Origin: Schmidtea polychroa
Taxonomy: Eukaryota
Assembly (NCBI GenBank): GCA_044892525.1
Contig: CM097886.1
Location: 186,732,312 to 186,796,311, forward strand
Length of the DNA stretch: 64,000 nt
Direction: 5' to 3'
The notes beneath the pieces were generated by a model. That model had not been told where the DNA came from and did no database searches. It worked only from the letters and a program-made list of their open reading frames with translations. Of this stretch, positions 26,518 through 41,200 are shown one piece after another (the stretch's first letter is position 1; every line of letters begins with the position of its first letter). A program made the translations under genes and the position numbers.

Positions 26518-29500
26518 GCATGCATTGCCATCACCCGTGTGCATCTGTGCGTCCGTGCCTGTGGATTTTGATAACATCTAAATCCGAATAATAATTCATT
26601 CATCAACACTCCTTGACAAAAGAAACATTTTGTCAAATTACGAATCAACAACAAGAAAATATCAGCAAACACAACATTGAAAACATAGAACCAATTATTC
26701 CAATACAAAACTTATTACTACTTTTCCTTGCTGCTAGTAGCATCCCATCATCATCGTCGTCGTCATTATTATCATCATCATCATCATCATCATCCTCCTC
26801 ATCCTCATCATCATCGAAGGCGATAATTGAATAAGTTTTCAACCAATAGGAAGAGCTGTGTCAATTGAATATTTACAGTTGGTCGGTTGCCGTTTCAATT
26901 GTCGATTGATCGATATATAGAGTCATTATTGAAGGAGATTGGAATTTTCCATCGCTCTAATGCCAACGCCATCATATGATTCGCTCGTTCACTTGTTCCT
27001 TGTGTTGACATTTGATTGAAGCAAATCAGTAAATATCCGGGATATAATCGTACCTATTGCCATCACCTGTTTTCCATGATGATCTCTGCCTATTGTTTTG
27101 CTCGATTGCTTGATCTGTCCACCTTCCGATCTGAACATATCATTATTTCCACAACTGATTAGTGGCCCATGCCTCTACTAGTGCTCCTAACAAGCTTCTT
27201 TTTCGAGATTTCTCATTACCATTCCTTGCTCAAGTGGCTGTTATTATTGTTTCATAAATCATCGGATCAAGGTTCAAAATTAATTTCGATTATCAACAGT
27301 GTTAAAATGCAATCCAATCATCTATATAATTGGCTAAACGATCTTACAAATGATAACGACGATCACGTTGAATCTGTTTCATTAAAAGTAGATGTTGCTA
27401 TCCAAACCGATTCTATCAAACACTGTAAGTGTCATTGTCGACGAAGAATACGCAGTCGTTTGCAGGTTCACGAAACGAATCTCCTTCAGAAAACTTTTTC
27501 ATCTTGTAAATATCCAAGAAAAGAGAAAGACGATAATTTGAAAAAGCATGTAAAATTCGATAGCAGTATATACACGCAAATGATAGACAATGTTGTTGAC
27601 AAATACAATCGGGATGTTCTAATTCAGCAGGCGGAAATTATCAATTCCTCTTTTCCTAAAAGTTTGAGCTTTACAGAGAATTTAACCCAAATCGATCCGG
27701 ATAAAGATGATGTTGATGAAAGCAAGGACAAAGTTACAAAGCCAGAAGACAGCTGTGATAATGGGTCATCCCCAAGGAAGATCATTCGAAGCAAAAGTGA
27801 TACAAAAATCTTATCAATTTGGTGGTCACATATTGCAAAATATAAGGTATATGCTAGAGGATTCTGGATTGTTCTTACCGTTTGTTCTCCTTCAAGCCGT
27901 TCTTATTTTATTCTTACAATTGTTCCTCACAGATTATTTTCCATTGGCTTTCCAGATTTTCACTCTTTTGAGTTCTTTAATTGATTTGCTGACTCTCTAG
28001 GGGAATTGTATGGCGCCTTTACGATTAGTGAGTCATTGATCTGTGACCGTTATCCACTGCTTACTGGGTATTGATTAAGCATATATGTGTGTGTATGCTT
28101 GTGTGTGTTCACCAGGGATATTTATTGAGTCCTCCTAATCAATGCGACCACTTGTTAATTATTTTCACGCTCCCCGGCGCTAGAGATTATATCACAAATG
28201 AAGCCCAGTTGCCGTTACACGAGCTAATGAACAATCTCTGGAATTGCTACATAATATCCTGACAAGTTAATTCCCAATTTCCAAATATTGCCTGATTTAT
28301 TAGCTCCTGCATTGATGTAAATATGTAAATATCATCTAATGAATAAGCTCGTGTAACATTCCCATTCTTACAACACAATATCAACAGATATAGTATATAT
28401 AGTATTATCAATATTTCTACATATATATTGATTGATATAAGTGCTCTCCTTTGATGGTGAGCGGCAAACATTCCCATTGAACTCTCACAATGTCTCACTG
28501 GAATTTATAGATTGATTCAAAATCAATATTTCCTGGTTTCGTTGATAATTAATATCCATTGAAGCATCGAAAATATTTTCTCAGATTTCTATTTTTTTGC
28601 TTTTATTTTTTGATATTATTGATTTTTTATTTTTGGGAAATGCTCTGAATTTTTGTTTTTAGAAAGATTTGACATTCAAAGATAATACAATTACTTCTCG
28701 ACCGAGATTATCATCTAACATTTCACGGGTCAGTTCCCATGGCCGTCGGAGCTTGCTGTTTTTTGGTCCTAACCAACCAATACCGACTTCTAATTCTAAT
28801 ACTTTGAAAACGGTTGCTATGGAGGACGCGAAAGATTTGAAAACTGGTTAAAATTATTATATTTTTCATATTATTAATCATTTGACAATCATAATGTGTA
28901 ATAATAATTTTACTATTAATATTTTTAATTTTTATTATTTATTATTATCTATTGATTATTATTTTTTATTGATTATTATTTATTTATTATTATTGATTAT
29001 TATTATTATCTATTGATTATTATTTTTTATTGATTATTATTTATTATTATTATTGATTATTATTATTATCTATTGATTATTATTTTTTATTGATTATTAT
29101 TTATTTATTATTATTGATTATTATTATTATCTATTGATTATTATTTTTTATTGATTATTATTTATTATTATTATTGATTATTATTATTATCTATTGATTA
29201 TTATTTTTTATTGATTATTATTTATTTATTGATTATTATTTATCATTGATTATTATTATCATTATTGATTATTATTATTTATTGATTATTATTTTTTATT
29301 GATTATTATTTATTATTATTATTTATTGATTATTATTATCATTATTGATTATTATTATTGATTATTATTATTATTGATTATCATGAATTCTATTTATTAT
29401 AATAATAAAATATCAATAATAACAAAATATCAATAGTGAACAAATATCAATAATAACAAAATATCAATAGTGAACAAATATCAATAATAACAAAATATCA

Positions 29501-32500
29501 ATAGTGAACAAATTGTGATCGATGGTGAATCTGCTGATGCTCATAAAAACAAACATTATCATTAATCACATTTACATAATGATGAGCTAATTCCATCGTT
29601 CAACACCGATTGGTCATATGATGTGCCTTTGATCGATAATTGAGACTGGCACATTAGATGAGTCGATGTCACATGATTGGCGGAAAATGTTAAATACTGT
29701 GAAATTAGGAGGATATAAAAAGTGTCGACACCACCATTACAATTGTATTTATTTACAATAATATTTAGAAACAATTAAGCACCAACCAATCCCCACGCTC
29801 CATTGAATATGATCATATAATTGTCTCACAACACATGATGCTGAGTATGGTCACGGTTGAGAGAGCACCATTATTGATTAATTGCTAATATGTCTGCCGC
29901 ATCTGTAAGTTCTGTGTGTAAGTCAATCCATACCAAAACAACCGTAGACCAATGACTTTATGCGAGATGCTCAATATGTAAACAACGTCTCTGTTGAACT
30001 ACTGAATAAGCCCTCATTGGCTACTTACCGGCTGTGCTTGTTTGAAATCAGTCGACATTGAAACCCAATTATAGTCAAATCTCGATGTAGTTATTAATCT
30101 TACAGTTAATTTCATCCATGAGCTATTCAACGCCTCCATCTGTGGATTATAACAAAACCGAAAGAATTTTCTTCAACAGATTTTGCTATCTCAAACAATT
30201 GGTGTCGAATAGCAGCCCTAAAACAAGCATTCGACGGGCATTTTCCACTAAAACTGCGGAGCATATCGGTAGTTATCGGAAAACTTCATTGCAAGACAAT
30301 CACACTTTCTGTACAGTCGACTTGTATTATTATTATTATGATTATGATTCGTAGCTCATTATAAGAATCTTCAACTCAAATTAGCAAATCTTTATACTAA
30401 TTTTTCTTTTTAGGGAGTCCAACTAATTCAGGCACTACCGGTGTTCATATCCGTGCCGAAAATAAGAGGTTTGTCTTTTGTTGATTGATTTTATATTCTC
30501 GCGCCTTTTTTGAATCCCTTTACCCACATACAGCGACATCTCATAGAAATTCTGGGAATGATTACATTTTTCTTAATAATATCCCATCCCTACCATTGGC
30601 ATTTTAATAGATAACATTTTCAATGTTCTTTATCCATTTCTTTTCAGGCTATAGGTCAATATTTACAATAAATACCATATAAAATATATTTCATTATCAA
30701 TTTGCTATCTCAATCAATATCAAATATTATTCATGGAAATCTATAATAAGTCAATAGCTAATTAATTAAATCATCTCAATAAATTATTTGCTGATTGAAT
30801 ATAAAATCTACACAGGCATATTGGTGATTAAATCACATTTAAATTCTTTATAATTAATATCAGCAACGAATTTATTGAGATTGTTTAATTAATTCATTAA
30901 TTCATGTTTATTGACTCATTATTGATATCAATAAATAATATTTGATATTGATTGAGAATGTAAGTTGATATATATATATATATTCTTTATTTATTAAAAT
31001 TTCGCCATAATTTTTATATTATTTTAATAAAATCTGTTATTTGGATTTTTTTTATTTATCCATTTATCAATAAAATCTTTTTTTGGAATTTCTTTGTAAA
31101 ATCGAGCTTTTACATCATTTTCAAGCGCTAAAAACTCAAAATCATGGCAAATATGAAATTCTAATTTCTCCTCGTCAGGAAATACATAATCAGAAATACC
31201 GGAACTCTAATGAAGCGTGACATGAGCATAACTATTGGAAATAAACACTTTTCACTCGGTGGGGGGTTCTTTCAATTTCCTGAATCAGTGACGCATAGGA
31301 TTTGTGTTTTCCAATCATGATTCAACTTTTAGGGCACTTTTTTAAATCCATTATTGATTATTCAAATTTTATTGCAAATATATTCACACAATTGTCTAAT
31401 TATTGATCTAATCGAATCATATGCATTTTCAACCGATACATTTGTGATTGTCCCATATGCAAACCTTTCAACGGCAATTTGAACGAATTGTGAATTTTAC
31501 ATTCAGATATTAATTATAAGATTTCCCATTTGTTTTATATACAATTTCCTTATCAATTTACTTAATTAGACACGCTAATCAACTTAATTAGTTGCAACTG
31601 AAAGGCATTTGACATTTATGGATAATCTATAATTTCACAAATTATTATTATTATTATTATTATCGATTATTAATATCAATTTTCTCGCGTGAACTGTGCA
31701 AAATCCATATTCACTATGATTTACTAACATTTCTAAAAAACTCATTCATTCCAATACTTCCTGAGCTTTCTGAAATATTACGGAATTACGGAAACAAAGT
31801 AATGCTTGATGTTTTGAAATCCTAAACTCTCTTTTATTGATTTTACTTTCAAAATGTAAAAAAGATTTATTTAATAATTTCATATTGATTTATCCGATGT
31901 GGCCTTAAATATCGAATCCCATTTGCAGCCCATTCTCCCACTATATCCACATTATATAGAGATATGAAGATTTCCCTTTCCTGACTTGTCCCATTTGAGA
32001 AATTCTCCACAAATCTTTATGTTTTCTCTTAGATATAATACGAGCAAAGGCTTTTTAATTAACTGTTAATTAACCGCTAATTTCCTCAATATAATGCCCG
32101 CGTTTTATACTCAAAATTTGTGTTATAGATAAAAACAAAAAAAAAACTTGTTTTTATCTCTTCTCTTTGACCTTGATTCCAACAGCGGTATAAACTTTCT
32201 CCATACCTTAATTCAACCTTCGCATACAGAATACATCCTTCCTGCCGTTCTTTTACTATTTTTCAGCATATTTAATTATTTCACAATTTTTATTGGTGAT
32301 TAAAAAATCAATATTAATTAATAAATAAATTGATATTATTTTATTTATCGGAAATTTTATCAGTTTTATAAACATTTTTCCAATATTGCAATTTTGAAAT
32401 TGATAATCCAATATTAATTATTTATTTGAATTATTTTTAATTTGAACTAAAAATCGATAAAAACTTGTTATGATTCAAAAATGATGCCAGCGTGTACTTT

Positions 32501-35208
32501 TTGAATTGATAAATAGTTATACTGAACTGATCAAATGTTGATGCGATTTGCATGGATTGTGCCATGGTGAATATCGGGTCAGTCATGGTCAGTCATGCAA
32601 ATCATGAGTGAGAACAATCAATAATTAGTATCGCCATGTAATAGTTATCCCATGCTATTAATAATTGATTTATTATATTATATTCCCTCGGTGAGATTGC
32701 CAATATTGACATTGCTACATTTGCCATTCAGAGTGAGTGATACAAGGAGATGGTCATTGGCATCTTTGCCATCCTCTGGATACGGAACATTGACTCCTAC
32801 AAGCAGTAATTTATCGGTGAGTTTTATATTTTCTATTCTAATAATTGCTGATTCCCATTTCTCACTTTTTCATATTATTTTTTTGAGTTTTGACACGTGA
32901 CAGTTTGTAATTGGGCAATTTGTAATCAGTCTGGGATAGCTCGATGGATAAATGATGATATTGTGATTGGTTGGCTGTTTCCTTTCTCCCTTTCTGTGTG
33001 TCTCTCTGTGTGTGTGTGTGCATAATCGTGCTGATCAGATCATTTCTCCTGTCTGGTGTTATCGTGAATTCTACTTATCGATGGAATTTGCATTCCAATC
33101 TTGTTAAATGATTAGATATTCATTTCTACTGACTCATTCCAATATTTGGGCTGCATTTGAATCATCTGTCTTTGCTTCTGCTTGTACCCCTGCTGTCCCT
33201 GCTGTCCCCGCTGCTCCCGCTGTTGTTGTTGCTGATATCATATGCATAATATCGATCGTGTCAACAATGGCTGAGACAGTTGTGATTCCATTATATATCC
33301 ATTATATATATCAAAATTTATCAATTCCTGTCAACCTCAAAGTTTTCATTAATATTGTCATTGATCATTTTTCTATTAATTATCACAATTCGTGTCCAGG
33401 TGACAAGAACCGGGCAAATCATGTGAGATGTCACAATTATATTTTATTGGGCTATTATTTCCATTCGTTTCGGGCAATCTTGATTAATCAATGATTTTCA
33501 CGCTCTAATTTTAATATACTTGTATTATTAAATAACCAATATTATTGATTTATTGATATTGTATGATTAAATACTTTTATTATTGGCTGATCAATATTAT
33601 TGATTTATTGATATTATATGATTCAATACTTGTATTATTGCTAATCAATATTATTGATTTATTGATATTATATGATTCAATACTTCTATTATTGGCTAAT
33701 TAATATTATTGATTTATTGATATTATATGATTCAATACTTTTGCTAGTGGCTAATCAATATTATTGATATTATATGATTCAATACTTTTATTATTGGCTA
33801 ATCAATATTATTGATTTATTGATATTATATGATTCAATACTTGTATTATTATCTAATCAATATTATTGATTTATTGATATTATATGATTCAATACTTTTA
33901 TTATTGGCTAACCAATATTATTGATTTATTGATATTATATGATTCAATACTTGTATTATTATCTAATCAACATTATTGATTTATTGATATTATATGATTC
34001 AATACTTTTGTTAGTGGCTAACCAATATTATTGATTTATTGATATTATATGATTCAATACTTGTATTATTATCTAATCAATATTATTGATTTATTGATAT
34101 TATATGATTCAATACTTTTATTATTGGCTAACCAATATTATTGATTTATTGATATTATATGATTCAATACTTGTATTATTGGCTAATCAACATTATTGAT
34201 TTATTGATATTATTGAATGACATATCGAAACCTGTATTATTTCCTTATCTGGGCTTAATCAATACTTGAACATAAAGTTATTGGTATAATCGAATGGCAA
34301 TGATTTACGACTACTGATTAATCAATAATTTTGCACAGCCATTGCTAGTATCGAATTATTAAGCTCATTATAAATTAATTGATACGATTCCGTTGTTATC
34401 GATTAACCGAGAATTTCTCACTCGGTGGCCTCGTGCTTGATAAATTTTGATCTCATTTGTTCTTTATTAAACACAAACTGCAGCAGCTGCAGCAGCAGTA
34501 GCAGCAGCAGCAACCGTTGAAGGGCTGTAGGCAGGCAGTTGGGGAGCAGCAAATACATTAACTTATGTATATCAAGAAAAATTTAATTTTATCTATCAAA
34601 AGCAGTTCATTTTGTTCGTGCAATTTCTGAGTTTAGTTTTATTCCACGAGTCATTACATCTGTGAGTTTGACTGATAATTTCCTATTCATCAGTAACAGC
34701 ACCAAACATATGCTACTTTTTGTTCAATTTCAATGCGGACTTGTGCATAATATATTTGCAGTTGTAATGATATTTGGCCTCAATACTTATTCTTAATCTC
34801 TGTCAGCCGAATTGACCTCTATCGAATTTCCATCTGACAATCTTATCGTAATAAATATTTATTTAGAGCCAATATTCATCGAAAGAAAACCTTATTCACC
34901 ATAAGTACCACAGTTCTCACCAGCCGCGATCACCATTATGCATCGGTACTACCGGTCAATCTTCACCATTCCATTCATCTGGCCTTGCCACGTCAGTAAC
35001 ACAATCATCGATCCGATCCCCCAACATTGCCATTACAGGCAAATGCATCAGCGGCCGCAACAGCAGGAACCATAGCCCTAATGACAAAATTTCTAGCATA
35101 GGAGAGACTCATCGAACTCCAACAGATTCAAATTCTGATGTCCAATTCGTTTCTAAAACTTTGCCAGTTAACATTAAACCAAGATCACAAAGTTTGAAGT
35201 AGGATCTC

Positions 35209-35273
<65 letters not shown>

Positions 35274-38200
35274 TCATAATTATTATTTTTAATATTTTTA
35301 TTCATTTTTTTATTGTTTAATTTTTGAATTTTCTTTTATAATTGTTTATTTAAATTAATAAATTTTATTTTTATTTATTTTTATTTTTTAATATTTATTT
35401 CATTTATTATTAATTATTTTTATTTAAATTTTTTTTTATTATTTTATATTTATTTTATTCATTTTTTATATTTATATTTTATTATTATTATATTCATATT
35501 TATTATTTTTAATATTTTTATTCATTTTTTAATTAATTTTCATGGTTTTTGATTAAATTTTATAATTATTATTTAATTTATTATTTGTATTATTATACTT
35601 TATTTATTTATTTATATTATTGTTAATTTTATTATTGTTACTGGTCCATCAATGGGATTTGCTAATTAATCAAGCTATTAATTATTCAATTTATACAATT
35701 GATTACTGATCTATATCAATAATATTGAATTATTGCATTGGGATATACCAATATATCAATATATAGATTAAAGATTAAGGAAAATTGTATTATGATAATT
35801 GGTCAAAACTTAGTTAACAATATGTCCCAAGTAAAACTCAACTTGCTTACATGATTTCTGTTCCAGTAACTATTTTGGGCCCTCTATACAACTGATTAAG
35901 GCAATAGTTGCTATTTAACCTCATTCATTAATATTCATACCATAAATCTCTTCATTACAATGCCGTTTCCCGTATAAGCCAACTGAAATCCGTTACAAAT
36001 CCCGGAACCATTCAGGAGATGAAGTAAAGAATGAAATTTGACCGAATACAATTGACCTAATACGCCTCTGTATTCACCAATTATGTGATTCCTTATTGAG
36101 CTCATGAACCCAGTAATGTCCCTGCTATTCTTATCATTTTTTCCTTCCTTTCCTTTCCTTTCCTATGATAACGCCGCTAATATTTCAAATTTGAAATTAC
36201 AACTTTCTAACTGCGTCCTAAATTTCGGTTATTGTTGAATTTATTGAATTTTTTCACATAAAACATTAATAAAATTAGTGAAACAGAAAATTTGAAATAT
36301 TTTTACAAAAACTTAGATTTCAATATAATTGTAAAATTGATTTGATTTTATTATCATTCGATAGAAATAGTCGATTTTCAGATAATATATAATTATTTGA
36401 TTATTATAAAGATTTTAACTGAATTTAACTTATTGGTTTGAAATTTATGGCGAGTATGCAATAATAATAGTGATAATAATGATAATAATAATGTGAGAGA
36501 AATGATATTAAGTGACCTATTATAATGACTAGCAATCAAAACTCATTGGTTTATCCTATGTGGTTAGTAGATTAGATCATTATAGTTTTGTTCTGTTGCG
36601 TGAATTTCCCTAAATGTTGATTAATAATTCATTAGTAGTCCTTGTCGATCTCCTGGAGCGTATGAGCAAGATATATTCATTTTGAATCATGTTTACAAGG
36701 AGCGGTTCCCTAAAGTAATGACATACTAATGAGAAATGCGGTAAAATAATACAACATGCACAGGCAACGATACAAATGATGGAGCGGCTGAGCGCAATGC
36801 TTGAGGAATTAGAGAATGAGAATACCGTGTCCTGGGAGCCGATTAGTCGGCTGGTGCACACACAGATCATGAAACATGTTAAGGACATCCTTAATATGAC
36901 AAACCTTGAGGCAATCACTTCCACATATTTCTTTGAATTGACCCAGAATCTCGAGAAATTACTGAAAGAGGTTTGATTGATACTTTCAATGCTGCAACAC
37001 AAAATGCAACGGATGCTCATTTAGACGCGGTTGAAATGTCCTGAATCCCTGGTACGCGTGCGCCCGATTGTCCAACACCTGCTATTTATCATTGCTCGAC
37101 CCGCCCGTCTATTGGAATGCATCGAGTTCGATCCAAAGGAATTCTACAAGCTGTTGGAGGTAGCAGAGAACAATCTGAGAAATGTCCAAACTGATGTGCC
37201 AAAATATATCATATCCAAATTGGGATTAGATAAGGATCCATATGGTAGGTGCTAATAGGGAGGGAGGGGGATTAAGGGGCATGATTCATTTGATATGTTA
37301 CAGATATAGGATCAGAGGAGCTCAACACTTCGCTGGAATTGAATGGATCGTTGGAGATCGCCGGTGGCAGCAAGCGGGAACGCACGGATTCGACATGCGA
37401 ATTCAACATGTCACAGGACAGCAATAATTCGCTAGAATTGAACTTCTCCAAGCCAATGACTCCAAAGGAATCGGATTTCGAGGATATCAAATTGATTTCC
37501 AACGGCGCATATGGGTAATTGATTTTCTATTGATTATTATCATTTGTTATTGATCTTTTATTAATTTTATACTAATCAATAATTTCCATATTATTTATTA
37601 TTGATTATCATTTATTATTATTATTATTATTATTTGTTATTGATTATTATCATTTGTTATTGATCTTTTATTAATTTAATACTAATCAATAATTTCCATA
37701 TTATTTATTATTGATTATCATTTATTATTATTATTATTTGTTATTGATTATTATCATTTGTTATTGATCTTTTATTAATTTAATACTAATCAATAATTTC
37801 CATATTAATGTTTGTAAGACTAAATTATTATTGATTATTATTATCACTTTTATTGATTATTATTATTGATTATTTATTGGTTTATCGTATAAAGTTTAGT
37901 TATTAATGATTAATATTATTTTTTGTATTGATTTATCTGTTTTCATAATTACGCATTTCATTTGTATAATTTGCCGGATTCTTGCACTGCCCACAATCTG
38001 CCAGTTCTCTACTGATCATTATTGATCAACACTTCAAATCTATTCAACCGTTTGAGGTTCCTCACATCTGCAGTGACTCCCGTTTAATATAAATAATCGA
38101 TTCCTCCAATTAGCGCCTTCATAAGGAATGATTTACAGCCGGCTTATTGCAATCGATATCCGGCTGTTACTGGATTGACTGGGTAACAATTGTCAACATT

Positions 38201-41200
38201 TATTTCCCCCATGTTGCTACGCCTGCTGCTGGCTTGCCATTGGTCCAGCAATGACTGGGTAAACACCGCTAATCAATATGGGCAGACAATGTGAAAACTG
38301 ATAAAATATTGACATTTTCGATGGGTATTTTCGTGACAATTTTGTCATCATCCGCTGATGTGTATGTAAATCAATTATTTAGGCACCTTATACTCATGGA
38401 ATCGATATGAAATCAATAATATTGTCATCAAATCGATCTAAATAAGAAATCAATAATATCATCACAAATCGATAAATATAAGAAATCAATAATATTGGTA
38501 TCAAATTCATCAATATAAGAAATCAATAATATCATCACAAATCGATAAATATAAGAAATCAATAATATTGTCATCAAATCGATAAATATATGAAATCAAT
38601 CATTTTATCAATCAATCAATCAATATATATATATATATATATATTTAATTCCTTGTTGCAGAGCGGTACATCTCGTCAGGGAAAAGAAAACCAAAAAGCG
38701 GCTCGCTATGAAGAAGATCCGAAAAGACAATCTGTTGCTAAGGAACCAAGTCGATCAGATATTTGCCGAGAGGGACATAATGACATTTGCTGACAGCCCA
38801 TTTGTCGTAGGCCTCTATTGCACATTTGAAACCAGAAAATACCTCTGCATGATTATGGAATACGTAGAAGGAGGCGATGTAGCGACTCTCATCAAGAGCA
38901 TTGGCCCATTACCCGATGAGCTCGCCCGCATGTATTTCGCTGAGACAGTCCTTGCCCTGGAATACCTCCACAATTTCGGGATTGTCCATCGGGATTTGAA
39001 GCCGGACAATTTGCTGATCACCTTGGAAGGTCACATTAAATTGACTGATTTTGGGCTGTCTAAGGTTGGCCTGATGAACCTGACCACGACTTTGCTGGAA
39101 TCTGTGCTGAATAAGGACTGCACAATGTTCCAGGACAAGCAGGTATTCGGCACGCCGGATTACATCGCTCCGGAGGTGATTTTGCGCCAGGGATACGGTG
39201 AGGGATCTTTATGTGTGTGTGTGTGTGTTACTATTGTATTGATTGGGTGGATATTGATTATTGATTGGGTGGATATTGTTGTATTGATTGGGTGGATATT
39301 GATTATTGATTGGGTGGATATTGATTATTGATTGGGTGGATATTGATTATTGATTGGGTGGATATTGATTATTGATTGGGTTAGGGCAGTGGTACTCAAA
39401 CTTTTTACCTAAGAAAAACATATTACCATATAGAAAAAATAGATAGAAAAAAAGCACATTTTAAATTCTTTTACGGCACACTAATATGCCGCGGCACATA
39501 GTTTGCGTATCTCTGGGTTAGGGTATTGATTATTGATTGAGTGATTATTTATTAGGTATTGGGTGAATTGAATGGTTTACTGATTGGTATTGAATGTGTT
39601 ATTGATTGGGTTATTATTGGTTTTTTGATTGGGTGAACATTGATTATTGATTGGTTGTTATTGATTAATGATGTTATTATTGTTTGGGTGATTATTTATT
39701 GTGTATTGAATGTGTTATTGATGGGTGGATATTGATTATTGATTGGGTTATTATTGGTTTTATTGGGTTATTATTGGTTTTATTGGGTTATTAGTGTGTA
39801 TTGACTGGGTGATGATTGATTATTGATTTTTATTGGGTTAGTATTGATTGAATTGATTATTGACTCAGTTATTGTTGATTGGGTTATTATTGATTATTTA
39901 TTACACCATTAAAGTTGCGATATTATATTTGTATGGATTGGGAATTGATCGTTATCGATTTTAATATTGTTTTTTTTTTATTTTGCATTACTTATTAAAG
40001 ATTTTTGAAATATGTTTGTTTTTGTGTTTTTAAATGAGGTGATTTGTAAAATTATATTAATATCCTCATTAACTTTTAATTTATAACGATATTTTATTGA
40101 TTTGCCAATGCAGAGAGTGATGTGTATAATAATGCAAAGCGATATAATTATGAATTGGCCTCGATAACTCCATGTAACGGTTCAGATAAAATGATCGATT
40201 GGTGGGCAATGGGAATCATTCTGTACGAGTTCATTGTTGGGTGCACTCCATTCTATGGCGAGTCAACGGAGGAATTATTCGGTAACATTATCAGCGGCGA
40301 GATCGAATGGCCCCAAGATCCGGATCCGTGCGTGCCTGAGAACGCCGTGGATCTCATCACCGAGCTGCTAAAGCGGGATCCATTGGCGCGTCTCGGTGCA
40401 GAAGGAACTCATGAGGTCAAGGAGCACCACTTTTTCTCCGATGTCGATTGGCAAGGATTATTGCGCCAGAAAGCCCTGTTTATCCCGGTTCTCGATCACG
40501 AGGACGACACCAGCTATTTCGATCCTAGGACCAGCCGGTACCAGCACGAGTCAGATTCAGATGATTCCGAGGGGGCACCGGGAGCAGCAGCAGCAGCAGC
40601 CAATGACAGCGAGGCGATTGAGCACTGGTCCAGTGAGGATAACTGCATCAGTCACGATAACAACGGCACAGTGTTCCATGCGTTCCCCTCGTGTTCCCCT
40701 CGGTTCAGTCGGTTTGTGGAGACGGAGCTTTGTAGGATGAGTGAATCAAGCTCCCTTGTGTTCCCGCAGGAGTCAGAGGATGCTGGCAAGATGGCGAGGA
40801 GCGTGAGTGCCGCTCCCAGCTTGCTGTCGAGTGAATCCAGCAGTAATTCCCATGCTGGCGGCTGCAGCGGGGGCGGGGGCGGTGGCGCCATTCGCACCGG
40901 GCGCAGCAGCAGCAGCACCAGCAGCAGCCTGGAATTGAGTGCTCATGGCAGCTTGGCACATCACTCGAGTGACGCTAGCAGTGAGACAGAGCTACCAGCA
41001 CTGATTGGATGCTCCTCCTATCGCGATGCAGGCAATCAGACAGTTGCTATGGGCGTTGCTATGGGCGTTGCTAATGGGGTCAGCAGGGAGCGCAGCGAGT
41101 CCTCACCTGTTGCTATGACCGTTGCTATCGGTGCTGCTGGCGGGCATTCACCGCTGGTGCCGGTTGCGGCTGCCGCGCGATCATTGAAGCCGATCAGAGA

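Noticed and set aside
26316-26842. Cluster of overlapping ORFs with poly-D, poly-S and ER runs
   Set aside because: Products of (TC), (GA) and (TCA) microsatellites.
33108-33494. 128-aa ORF with [10 protein letters not shown] as a MAST cassette exon
   Set aside because: No convincing phase-0 splice sites; low-complexity intronic sequence.
39198-39331. C-terminal extension of the kinase ORF ([13 protein letters not shown] repeats)
   Set aside because: Read-through into the intron's 22-bp tandem repeat after the donor at 39198.
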